Assembly (NCBI GenBank): GCA_008632985.1
Contig: QPGO01000110.1
Coordinates: forward strand, 124,001 to 188,000
Length of the DNA stretch: 64,000 nucleotides
Source: Psammoneis japonica
Lineage: Eukaryota
Direction: 5' to 3'
The position numbers were made by a program, and so were the translations under genes. The notes under the pieces are model-generated. The model was given only the letters and a program-made list of their open reading frames with translations, ran no database searches and was not told the origin of the DNA. How positions within the stretch are numbered: position 1 is the first letter of the stretch; every line of letters starts with the position of its first letter. Shown here piece after piece: positions 24,853-37,364 of this stretch.

Positions 24853-25392
24853 CAGCCTCCGAAATAAAGAATTCTTTAATCTATTTTCCTTGGCAGGTAC
24901 TAGCATCTTTCTTTGGGATTTCAAAGCTCTCTAGATCTGAACTAAGTTATAAGTACAGCAGATAGCTAAACTATTGTATGAAACTGCGACCAAGACATGC
25001 CGTACACTAATGTTTATTATCCAGAGTTTTCGCTCTTTTCGTAAGCCGCTGCTGCTCTTTAGAGAGTAAGTTAGTATTGCTACATTGCTTAGTTTGTAGA
25101 ATATACCTACTACTCTCTACTCTAGTAGAGAGAGGGCGCTAATGGAAGGAACTTTGCACGACTCGCCTTCGTTTCGAATCTTCATCCTTCGTCCAAAATC
25201 GGTCTCCGTAGAAATCCTGTAGACCTCGTACAAGTTCAAGACCTACGTGGCTTTCGGTACCAGCACCCCGTAGCGCGTAAAATCACGTAGAGCCTGTACA
25301 TCAAAATGAAATTTTGAGAGACGCACTTCACAACCGGGACACAAAAAATTGCAGAATACATCGCCGTCGTTTGTTTTGCGTCTCCGTACACA

Positions 25393-27715
25393 ATGTCATC
25401 AAGCATGAACAGCAGCGAGTTCCTTGCAAAGAACTCGAACTTTGTATTGAAGCTCCGTCTTGTTGGAGTTGGAGGTAAGAACGCCGAGGCGAAACACCGC
25501 CATCGTCCGGTTGCACGAGTCAATTATTTGTTCTGTCGCGGGTTCGCGCTGGTGACACGCTGTTGTCGCGATGAGCGCGTCCTACGCGCACGAGCAACTA
25601 TCCATGACTCAAGTTTATTCACGAGTGTTGTTCTCGCTTCACTTTTTCCGTCCAGGCACGCCTCAGATTCGTCGCGTCAAACTAGACCGGATTGCGGGTT
25701 CTGGTGCGATTTCATACTTGGCGCTTCTCACTCTTGCCATCGAGTATACGTTCCCTGGTGCGCCTATCGTGTTGGAAGATTACGATGTTGCCCTGACGTA
25801 TTATGATGTGGACAATGATTGTATCACAATTGCATCAACGGAGGAGCTAGTCGATGCAATTGACCAGTTCTCTTCCATGTCTCCACCAGTGTTACGGCTT
25901 ACTACGGATGTTAAGCGTAAGAAGAGCGTCAGGTCACCACCTGCATCTCCGAGACGCGGAGCCCATGCGTCTCCTGGTCGCAATGCGCAGCGCCAACGTG
26001 GGAGCAATTCTGGACGTCAGGCTACTCAGCAGCTTCAGACTCTGATTGAATCGTTTGTGGGTATTTTGGCAACGGCCATGGTGGCTCTCCAGGCTCATAT
26101 GAATCCTGAACCTTCCTCTCGCTCGAATACGAACGGGATCGCATCTGGCTCCACAACTCCAACTTCTGTGGCTTCAGCAACGGCTACGTCCACGGAGGTG
26201 CCCAACGGCCCCGACGCTGTTGAAAGCGGCACCTCTACTGCAACCGCAACTCCCACCCCGCCCCCGGACCTGCCTCGCAAGCTAGAAGAGGCGAAGACTT
26301 TTGTCAAAGATTTTGTAGAGAAGATGAAAGTGGAGAAGGAACCTGAAGAGGACGTAAGCGAGCGTCCTTTCATTCACGGGCGCCACACGTGTGATGCGTG
26401 TCTCGTGACTCCCATTGTCGGTGTTCGTTACCATGCGATCAACCTGCCCGATTATGATTTGTGCTCTAACTGCCTCGGAAACTACAAAGGAACCGAAATT
26501 AAATTCGAACCTGCCGAGCTGGATCGCGATCGCCCGTTCCAAGATCGTTGGCACCGCCGCCGCGCTCGCTGGGCCGGTGGAAGGGGACACTGCCGTCCTA
26601 AACGCCACTTGAACCGTGGTGCTGCTGCCCGTGCGGATAATATGGATGCTGCTCTCAAGGAGGCCATTTGCCGCAGTCTACGCGACGCCAACCTCCCTGC
26701 AAAGGAACCCGCAAAGACCGAATCCAAGAAAGATGTCGCCTCGGACGACGAAGTCAAGCCCCCCGCAACGGAAAAACCTTGCAACGACAAAAGCCTTCCT
26801 GCTAAAGAATTCGTCAGTGCCCACCCGGACGAAGGAGAAACAACTGGACCGTGTGCGGAGGAACTCAAGGGCGCGAAGACGGCAGAACAGCCTACGACGG
26901 AGGACGACAAGGATGAGTCCTTCACGTCCGCGGCCGCAGGAAATGGTTCGACTGCCGAAGCTATTGGCCAAACGCTCGACAAGTGCGCTGATGTGATTGA
27001 CGCAATGATGACAGAGCTCTCCCGCGAGATGACCAGCGACGAATCCGAAGCTAAGTCCAAGAACGAGGAGAAGGCTACGACCGCGGAAGATGCCAACGAG
27101 GTGGCAGAGGACATTTCCGCCATGACCAGTTCCGTCCCCTCATTGATGTCTATTGTCGAACCGGAGGCCACCACTGACTCCATTCTTGAGCCGTCAGCAG
27201 GATGCGAAGACCCCCCTGCTGTTGGTGCGACAATCGTTGAAGCCACCGTGGCTGAGCAGGATGCTGGCAGTCAATCTTCCGAGGACGAGTGGCAGGTTGT
27301 CACCGATGATGCCCAGATTGCCGGCGACGAGGCTCTTGCTCGTGCTTTCGAACTCATCGGATCTGCGCTCTTTCAGAGTGACGTGAACGCTGCTTCAGAA
27401 GGTGCCGAAGGATCGGTCGGCAACAGCAACAACTCCACCAGTAGTGGATCATCGACAGGCAGCACGGTCGATGTTTCAGCTGCCACGTCTGTTCCGTCGA
27501 CCGTACCCTCCATTGCTGTGTCTACCAGTGTCGTCCCTCTAGCTGTCCAGGCTCGCTGGGCGACTCAGCTTGAGAAGCTCCGTGAGCTCGGCTTCGACGA
27601 CGAGGCTGCATGTGTAGAAGTTCTCGAGAGGCTTCACGCGGCCAACATGGGCTCCGGCGAAGACGAAGAGGTCAATGTCACTCAAGTTGTGAACGTGATG
27701 TTGCAGACAAAGTAA
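25393..27715 (+). CDS. p62/NBR1-like selective autophagy receptor (PB1 - ZZ finger - LIR - UBA-like)
   Basis: PB1-like (FVLKLRL...IRRVKL...YYDVDNDCITIASTEEL), ZZ (HTCDACLVTPIVGVRYH...DYDLCSNC), LIR-like SEDEWQVV, UBA-like QLEKLRELGF. Phase-1 intron 25475-25655 joins in frame. Confidence 0.85.
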
Positions 27716-27949
27716 GCGACGTCAAGTCGGAAACGGCCCAGCTGTATTCAGATTTTGTTAATCGCTGTGGCTGCTGTTCATTAGGAGAAGTAAATCAAAA
27801 TGTAGTATATAAATTTTAGGTAGAAGAGGAATTCGCAGACGTCAACCTTTTCTTTTATTTTGATACAAAAGTATGCTTTGTTGGAAACGCCCCCGCTTTC
27901 GTATGGCGGTGTTCAGCGTTTCTCTAATTCCCGGGTAACTATCATACTT

Positions 27950-29404
27950 TCATCGGGGTGTGACGCGATTGAATCCAATAGAGGTTAAGCGCGATTGAAG
28001 AAACTGTGCAACTTGAGTGGCGCTTGCCCGTTTCTCAGGATCCAAAGCAAGGCACATGTGCATTGCTGTTTTGAGAGCGACAATCACAGCATCTGGGCTT
28101 TCCTCGATTTCGTCAGGAAGCCTTGGAATGTCCCCCGCCAGTATCAGCTTCGCCGCATCGTCAGGGTCTTCGTTCCTGTACTTTCGTCTCTTCGTAAGCA
28201 TCTGGTAAAAGATGTTCCCCAAAGAATACACATCGATCTTCTCGCTGACTTCGTTCATGGTTTTCTCGCGAAACTCTTCAGGAGCTCTGTTTATATCCTC
28301 CAATCGTGGTTTTTTTACCACACATGGCTGCTTTTTCTTCATGTCCCATCTTATCATGTGACCATTATTAAAATCATTCAAAACATACCTGTCATGAAGT
28401 TTGACGAACTGTCGATCTACTATATCAGCGTGCATGTACGCCACGTGTTTGCCAACGCCAAGGCTGTGAATGTCGGCAACGCCTCCCTAAGGTTGTTGGG
28501 AAGAGCACAAGAAGGATACGCATGAGACGAACGGTAGCTGAAGTCATTCATAACAACGAATATATTATGTTGAAAAAGCAGAACTTACAGCAACATGAGT
28601 AGCGATTTGTAGGAGTTCGTCATGTTTGAGATTCTTGTAGTGATCAAACAATGTCCCTTCTTCTGCAAACTCAAAGAGGGCAGAAAATCCACACATTCCG
28701 TATATGTTTGCTACGTTGGCTTTGGATGTAGCCATTTCAGATATTATGGAGTCTTTGACATTGGCTTCATAGTGGTAGCTATTGAACTCCCTATCGTGCC
28801 GCAGAGTTTTTAGTGCCCAGTTCGTCCCACCAATGTCTCTAACTTTCCAGACGTCCCTTACCATACCAGAATTAACAAGTTGATACCCATTGAAACCATT
28901 ATTTAGCCAACTCAATTCATGCATGATGTTAGATGTTGGATGAAAATCTGTCTGCCAATTGAACATTTGAACACACTCGTCTTCCTCGCCAACTTTCTTG
29001 TCACTGTGCGAGAATTTCTTTCGAAAAACAAATTGATGAAACCTATCGCTTTGCTCTTTCAAAATTTCTTGATGAGGGACTCTTTTGACATCTCCATTCT
29101 CGGAAAGTAACAGAAGTGGTGGTCTCGCAGAATGCACGGAATGCACCAGTCTGTCGTTCGTTTCGGACATTCGTTGAGTTGTCATTACCAAATACAATGC
29201 CGCGAAAACCAAGAAAGCTACAACCAATCTGATAATTGGCAGCAAAGTCGAGTTCTCGTTTGGCATTAGCCCTTTAGTCATTTTGCTGTACAAGAAAGGT
29301 TTCACGTCGCTGCTGTTGCCATGGTGTATTCTAATAGGGGGCGCCCTTTCTCCTCCTCTACGCCGTCGTTTTCGAATTCCGCTGTTGAAATCATGCCACA
29401 ACAT
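27950..29404 (-). CDS. Type II membrane protein kinase (PKDCC/VLK-like)
   Basis: N-terminal TM (IIRLVVAFLVFAALYLV), GMVRDVWKV, WALKTL, HADIVDRQFV, LNDFNNG, RAPEE, KIDVYSLGNIFY. Intron 28487-28588. Confidence 0.8.
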
Positions 29405-29669
29405 TTTCTAGCAGGATTAAAAACTATAGTGCGGCTTGTTTAAAGTGAATGTCATTGTTATACTCCCGGCGGCGATGATTCTCAACGCATCTATCGTTCG
29501 CCGGATAGAAAAATGTGAGCGCGGGGATGTGGGGGTGCGGTGTGCGTGGGTGATGTGTGATGACATCATCACATGCGTTGAGTCGGATATATTCATATCC
29601 TTGCGAATATGTATTTGTCGTTAAGTAAAAACTCCCATCCCATAGCATATGTACAGTAAACCTACATAA

Positions 29670-31030
29670 GGAACCGAACAGCTTGCTGTACGACACTTTT
29701 TCGGCCATTTCAACACCACGAAAAAAGCACGCGTCAACTCGACTCGACCATGATGATGTCTCGCGATTCTTCCCCAACGCCTTCGCAGGACACCGTTCCT
29801 GCCGACACTGTCACAAATGACACTGGCACAACAGGTGACGTTGTTGCTTCTGTTCTGAATGGCCTGACACATGCAAAACGAGATGCCACCAACTCACACT
29901 GTCATTTCGCACAACCGCCTCCCACAGATGGATGTCATCACGAATGCCAACGCCATCCCTGCATTTCTTTCAACTGCCAGCATCATGCCCAATGCTGTTG
30001 CTCACACCCTCAGTGCAACAGGTGCTGTTGATGCTGTTGTTGACTTGTGCCAATGACACCTGCAATTAAATGGCACCAACTCACACTTTTTTGTCCACAA
30101 TCCACTGCCCCTCCAACAGATGCTGTCAGGAATGCAAACGTCGTGCCTCCATTTCATTCAACTGGCATGCCCACCAGTGTTGCTCCCACCCTTGCTGCAA
30201 CAGGTCTTGTTGTTGTTGCTGTTGTTGTCTTGTCACAAAATGCCCATTGACACAATGGCGCCAACTCACACGTTTTTCTCATGCTCCAGTGCCCCACACA
30301 GGCAAAACCACTCGGTCCACCATGCCGACATCTCCCCCATCATCTCCACCCCCTCCCAATGCTGCTGCACCCCATGCAGATGGCAACCCTCTCACTCCAG
30401 CAGTTGGCACCCAAACTCAGCTGGTGTGTGATCCAGAAGACAACCCCGTTGTTTCTCATCATGGAATGGTGGCGGACCACTGGAAGGTCAAGGATTGGAG
30501 GCACTCGAGAACAGCAACAACAAGGCCTGTTGCAGCAAGGGCAGGAGCAACACTGGCGGGCATGCCAGTCAAATGGAAATGGAGGCACAACATTTGCATT
30601 CCTGACAGCACCTGTTGGAGGCAGTGGAACGCACCATTTAATTGCAGATGTCATTGGCACAAGTCAACAACAGTGTCAACAGCACCTGTTGTGCTAAGGC
30701 CATGAGCAACAGCATCGGCCATCCCAGCCAAAAGAAATGCAGGGATGGCGTTGATGTTTGTGACAGCATCTGTGGGAGGTGGTGGAGCGTGCAAACAACA
30801 GCGTCAGTTTGCAGTGTCTCATTTTGCATGTGCCAGACCATTTGGAACAGAAGCAATGATGTCACATGTTGTGTCAGTGTCATTTGTGACAGTGCCGGTG
30901 GGAACGGTGTTCTGGCAAGGCATTGGGGAAGAATCGTGAGGCATCACCATGGTTGATCCGATGTGACGCATGTGCTTTTTTCATGGTTGTGAGAAAGGTC
31001 AAAAGTGTCTTCAGCTGTGCAGTCGGTTCA
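29670..31030. repeat. Long imperfect inverted repeat (foldback): arms about 29670-30225 and 30510-31030
   Basis: For example GATTCTTCCCCAACGCC at about 29765 vs GGCATTGGGGAAGAATC at about 30919; colinear inverted match over about 550 bp. Confidence 0.9.
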
Positions 31031-32649
31031 AGGCAACTTGAGATTTGGGGGAGAACATGGTTCAGGATTTTTCCTGTTGCTGTTGGCATTTGTGCACAAA
31101 AATGCAAAATTGAGTGACATGACAGCATGCAAAAAATTCATGACGTGAACAACGCATCACCATGACATCAAAACCACAATCTCCACTTGCGCAAAGGGGT
31201 GATCCCAATGATCGCAGATTGTCAATGAAATGGTGTCATAAAAAATGCATGCAATCGCACAGTTTGGTTGGTCTGTCCATCAAATGATTTTCAATTTTGC
31301 AGGCTTGCGTGGTCAAAACTTGCACAGATGCCCTGTAGAAATGTGCACGAAAACACACCAAAATCAAATTTTCAAAATCGCGAGGTGAAGTGAAGCTGCT
31401 CTTTCTTCCCTGCACCATCTCGGTGTGACTCCAGTGGACTGCAACAACAACAATGACAATTGAAAATGTTGCTTGCATGTGTTGAATGCACTGAGGAGCA
31501 AGAGGAGAAGTGCATCGTCACTCTGACTCCTTGTGGCTGCAAAGTTTGTCTTCACCGCATGGTTTGGTTGATGGTGGAAAAGACATCCCAGAGCTTGTTG
31601 CACTGTGATCAGCGATCAATGTGCTGCCAGCCACAAGACAGTTCATGCCATCCAAAAGAGAAATTGCAAATCAAAAAAAAGTGAAGTTGACTGTGAATGC
31701 CCAGCTCCTGTCAAGAAAAAGAAAAAGAGGAACCCCGCCAAGTCTCATGACTGTTGGAACACCTCCAAGAGAAACAAAACGATGGTGTGGTGTCAAGTGC
31801 AATTGGAGTGGATGACCCACTGCTCACAGTGCAAACAACGGTTGAAACAGACAAGGATGGCAACATCCTGCACACTCCAGTTGGATTTGCAGCAGTTGAC
31901 AGAAAAGGAGACATGGCTGCCAATGAATGACAGTCAAAAACTGAACTTGCCATCAAGAACATCTTCAAAAACATGTCATGCATGCTCTCTCACCTGCAGC
32001 TGCAACAGGAAATGGCACAGAGCAGATGCGCCAAAAAAAAAAGCATTCAATCACCTCATGTCAAAAAAAAAAAGAGCAGCCATGCTTCTGTCCATTTTTG
32101 CTTTTGCTGCCAATGGCACTGACACGGGTGCTTTTGTGGAGAAGACAAAGAAGCACGGGAGACAAGGCAACTCACATCGGTGTTGGCTGTGGGAGTGACA
32201 ATGGATTTGGTTGTAAGAGTCTCAAGTCAAAATGAGGTGGGGCCCACCATCAAATGTGTGTCCAATGTTTTTCACAACTCAAGAGATTCTGTCATTGGAG
32301 AGATGCTCTTGCCAATTTCAAAGTGACAACATCTGCATTGGCAGCTGGCATTGCAAAGGCTTCTGAAGAGTGCGTTGCACAGCCTGCCTTGAACCCAAGG
32401 TAAAATTGGCACCTGAGGATGGGGTGATGTTGACAGCCAACAATGCAGAATTGAAAATGACACATGCCAAAGACACACGGGGCTTTGATGGAATTCAAGG
32501 AAGGTGCTGCATTGAATGCTCTGGGGGGGGAGACCTCAGTTGAGAAGCACTCAGCTGAGCTGGATTGGTCATTCCATTTGACTGAAGTCAATGATGTTCC
32601 ACTCACTGGTTGTGAAAAAGAAGTGCAACAGCCACATGCCATGAAATCA

Positions 32650-34165
32650 GCTCACATCTCAAATTTTGTCACTGACAACACTGTCGCTGCAACATTCATG
32701 GCAACAAATGCACACATTGCTGCTGAAGCTGCATCTCTCATCTTCTTTGGGACAATTGCTGTTGCTGCAACATTCATGACAGCAGGCACAAACATTGCTG
32801 CTGCACTCCTCCTCCTCATCCAGGGGGCAATCACTGTTGCTGCAACACTTGTGGAGGCAGGCACAAAAATTGTTGTTTGAGCACATCTCAACATTGGAAC
32901 AGTCAGAACTGCTGCAGCACTCATGGCGACAGGCACAAGCATTGCTTGAGCAAATCTCATTGCTTCCACAATCCCCATTGCTGCAGCACTAAAAGGTGCA
33001 AACACACCCACCAGGGTCTTGACATTTGTGGTCTGGAGGGCAAAAACATTGCTCGTCACACAGACTGGAGTGCATTTGCAGTCAACACAAACATTGCTTC
33101 TGGAGCAACCATCATTGCCGTTGGGGCACTCACAATCTGCCAAACACTCATTGCTGTCTGAGCAAAACCCATTGCTTCCACAGTCACTGTCGCCACAGCA
33201 TTCATGGCAATGGACACAGCTGTTCACTGCACACATCTTGTTGTCACCACAGTCACTGTCAATGCAGCATTCGCGGGGGCAGTCCACAGTTTCCTTGACT
33301 TCTTCCTTGCCAAAGACCACAAAACTGTGGCATGCTTTGCCCCCCAAAGTCACCAGATCTGTCAACAAGCAGTTTTTTTTATCATCCATCATGTCCGGAC
33401 TGTCACAGATTTTGCACCAGCCATTGACAACTCCACTCTCCCCAGTGTCAAAGATTCTGAAGTTGCAGTCAGCTCCTCAAACTGCATCAACTTTTGCTGT
33501 GACCCAGCTGTGGGCTTTCCCAGTGTGCACTCCAGGAGGAAAGTCAAACACTGCCTTGCTGGTCTCCAACTCCCACCCGGTTTCTTCCAGTTGGTCATCC
33601 AGTTGAGCAACAACTGTCGTCGTTGTCAATGATGATTCGGTTGGCTTGCTGCTCCTCATTGTCAACAGCACAGCCACAACAGCAGCTGCTGCTGCCAGAA
33701 CAAGGACCAACAAGACTGCAACCATCTTCTTCCCAAATCACGTTGGCGTCCCTGCTGAGTTGCTGCTTGGATGACACAACATGGCATTTTTGATTGTCTG
33801 CTCCAGTGTTTTGGCAGCAGCCACAGCAGCAACCTGTTCTGCCGGGACAGCAGAATCAGCCAAGATGCGACAAATGCATTCACTCACATCAATGTCTTGA
33901 TGACCTTCAGCCAACTCTGCCACAATGGGGGGAAAAGGCATTGCTTTTGAGTGCACTTGGGGGGCACAGTCATGGCAATGGTTGCTGCAATGGCCCCTGC
34001 ATCCTCCTGGTGATCCTGGGTGCTGCTCTCTTCTTGCTCAGCAAAGGCACCGGGGTGTGTCGTGCCCTGAGCTGCCCCTGACTCTGTGTCATTGTTTGCC
34101 CTTGACAATGCTTCTCTTGTCTTCTCTGGCTCATCACAAATGTCCAAGTGCTTTTCCATTGTTGA
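32650..34165 (-). pseudogene. Decayed single-pass membrane protein gene with Cys-rich extracellular repeats
   Basis: N-terminal PGAFA motif, TM-like VAVLLVLVLAAAAAVVAVLL, repeats CHECCxxSDC. Broken over several frames and TpA-depleted. Confidence 0.55.
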
Positions 34166-35127
34166 CCCCTGTGTGTCCTTTGTGCTTTGTGGCAACAGGG
34201 TCACATTGATGTTGATTGAGAACCATCCTCAATTCTGCAACTGATTTGTCCTCACAAAGAGTTCCAAGAGCTGCAAAAGTTCATGGCTCATCTTTGAGGA
34301 CACAGCGAAGGAAGTTCAAACCTCTCACTTGGCTTTGTCTTTGATGGTCTTGCTTGCAGCTGCCTTTTTGATGAGCAACTTGTCATGACTCATCTTCAAC
34401 AATGCAGAAGAAAAACTTTCTGCATTTTGAATGGCTTTGTCTTTGTGGCATTCACTTGCAGCTGCCTTTTCCAGTTCTCTTGTTTGCGCTCTTCCTTGCA
34501 GCCAAATGGTTGGGCAAGAGTGGAGCAGAAGTGACCACATTTTTTGTTTCTTCCCAAGTTTGTCCTTGATGGAGGTGTGACATGCTCGTCTGCTTCCCTG
34601 CAAAGAACACATTGCAATTGAATGATGAGTGCTGCAACAACCGTTTGATTTTTTTAGAAAACAAGGAGAGAGGAAACGACAAAACAACTCACTCTTTGTC
34701 TGAGATGGCACACGCTGATGAGACTGCAGCTCTCTTGTGATGCAACTTGCAACAGCGACAATTGCCAAAAGCAACAGGCGTTGTTTTGCTCTGCAGTGTT
34801 TTTGTGTCAACAAACAAGAATCCCCCATCAATTTTCACAAGCCGTGTTCGCATTTTTGCTTGCATGTGCGTCTGGTTGTCAGAAATGCCAAACAACACAT
34901 TTTGCAGTGCTGGTGCTTGCAGCTTCTTCTTTCAGCCAGAATCAGCCCTGCTTGGCAAATGGGCCAATGCAGCCCGCCTCCTGCATCAACGGCTTCAGGA
35001 AAACTCCGCAATCGCACTGTCCAATCAATTCTTTGTGAGCAGCATTGGTTGAAATGAAAATGTCTGCTTGTTTCTCATTGCCAACTCTGCTGATGTCATT
35101 GCCAATTGGCCAATGTCATTGCCAGTT

Positions 35128-35588
35128 GTGCTCAAAAGTGCTCAAATGTGCTCAAATGCTGCTCATTTGCTCAAATGTGCTCAAATGCCGCTCATGTGCT
35201 CAAATGCTGCTCATTTCCTCACTGTCAAACACGAGATGCCGAACAAAGAAGAAGAGCAGAGATGGGAGCACAGCAAGGCCAAGCACATCTTAAGAGAGGG
35301 CATGCTCAATGGCACAGTGTCGCCCACTTCAGGGCCATGGCAAGTCCCTGCCAAATGCACCCCAGCCAAATTCCAGAAATGGGATGGGCGGCGGGATGGA
35401 GCACACGAAATTTTGAAGCAACCACAAGTGTGTGCTGTGCAATCATTCTACCAGCAACAGCAGGACATGGCACGTTTGGTTGATCACTTTTTCGATCATG
35501 AGCTAAAACACACTTGCTCAAATGCATGTGCTCAAATTGCTCAAAAGTGCTCAAATGTGCTCAAAAGTGTGCCAAATGTGCTCAAATG
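35128..35588 (+). repeat. Two clusters of about 10-bp TGCTCAAATG minisatellite (35128-35217 and 35514-35588) flanking a short ORF relic
   Basis: Read directly: gtgctcaaaagtgctcaaatgtgctcaaatg... Confidence 0.85.
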
Positions 35589-37364
35589 ATGCCCACTTCA
35601 ATCACCACTTGCTGTGTTGGTGATTGAAATGAGCAGGGTTGGTGATTGAAATGAGCTCTGTTGGCAAATCATTTTGACACACACATTTGTGCACAACGTG
35701 AACATGTCGTTGACAAGTGCATTTAACACACGATCAAATGTGGCCAACTGCAACGTCTGTCCTGGCTTGTTTCACATGCAATCACGGCATCTTCCCATGG
35801 CGGTTTCAATGGACCATGTGCACACCCAGCAGCATCTTTTCCACACCTGTGGATGTTTTGCATGGTGTGACATCTGAAGGACAAATTGTGCAATCTGAAG
35901 TTGGCAGTGATCTCACTCCACCAAAAAATTCAGCATGCAAAAGGATGAAGCGCACAAAACAAAAAATGCTGACAACCATGATGAGCACCATCAGACAAAA
36001 TGCAATCCCAGAGAACCAGCCAATGATCTCCAGTTGCCCCTTTCAAGGAGATGACTCAAGATGTGCCAAAGCATCAGTGGTTGAAAAGGGGCAAGTGGAG
36101 ATCAAAGATTCAAAAGCACAAAACACGGGATTGCACAACGTGAGATTTTTGCTGGACCCTGCAAACTGTCCAAGATTCTCCTTGGAAGCAAAACAACATG
36201 GCTTGTGGCCACATGGATTGAACCAATCAAAGTCACCACACTGATTCTCTGACTCAAAACCACTGTGTTCAATGGCAGGCAAGTGGACCTTCAAGGAGAC
36301 CATGCTCTCGTTGCGATGCTGACAAACAATGCAACGACACCCTGCATTGATGTTTTTTGTAAGTTGGGCAGCTGCGATTTTGCTTCTTTTCATTTCACTT
36401 GTCTTTGTTCTCATCGCTTGACCCGGTTCTTTTCAAAACAGAGACAAAAGAGGCAGCAGAGCTTGCAGCATCAAGGGAGCAAGCACAAAGATGTGAGACC
36501 CCTGCTCTCATTGAAGGACTGCAAGCCGAAATGATGAAGAACATCTTTACATTCTGCCTTTCTTCCTTTTGTTTTGATTTTACAATTGACAATGGTGCCG
36601 CGATGATTGCAGCACGAATGAAGTGCATTGGGCAGTGACTGAAAAAGCCGCGCCATTGGGTTGTTGGTCATTTGTGAGACGTCATCACTGTGTGGAAATG
36701 CACAGAGAGATTTGGTGCAAATCAGATCAGTGCCATGCCCTGCCCACAGGGTCCCCATGTGCGCGCCATGCAGTCTCGGTCAGTCATTTGGTTTGGTGCT
36801 GCTGCACTGCAATCCTGTGGAAGCGAACGTGAAAACAGTCACAATCATCATCTCAGCATGTTTGTTCCACCGGCGGGCAGGAATCACGACTCGGAAATCA
36901 CGATCCAGCACCAGGTCTCTCTCCAGCTAGAGAGAACCACGAAAAAACCGCGGAATCAAACAGCAACTGTGCAGTCATTGGTTTTGCATGTGCAGGAAGA
37001 ATCACAAGAACAGGCTCAGCGTTTACGATGTTAGGAATCTGTGCTTGTTCAGATTCTCAACCGACAGCACAGCCAGCCAACAGTGCCGGTGCAGTGGAAA
37101 GGAGTTGCAGCTTGGTGACAATCCGCCAACCATCAGTCGAGAAGAGCAACAGGACATTACCGTGAAAATGATTTGTCGGGTTCTAAGTGATGTTGTTACA
37201 GCAAGCCAGGACGAATGAGTCACTGATGAACATCTGCAATGGCAAGATGCGAGGAACTCTTGAAAAAAGTCGCACCACCAGCCAGATGCAACCATGGGGA
37301 AGTCTGCTTTCACTTAACTTTGAGACCTAGAGAAACTGAGATGTGTGCAACTGTCACTGTCGCT

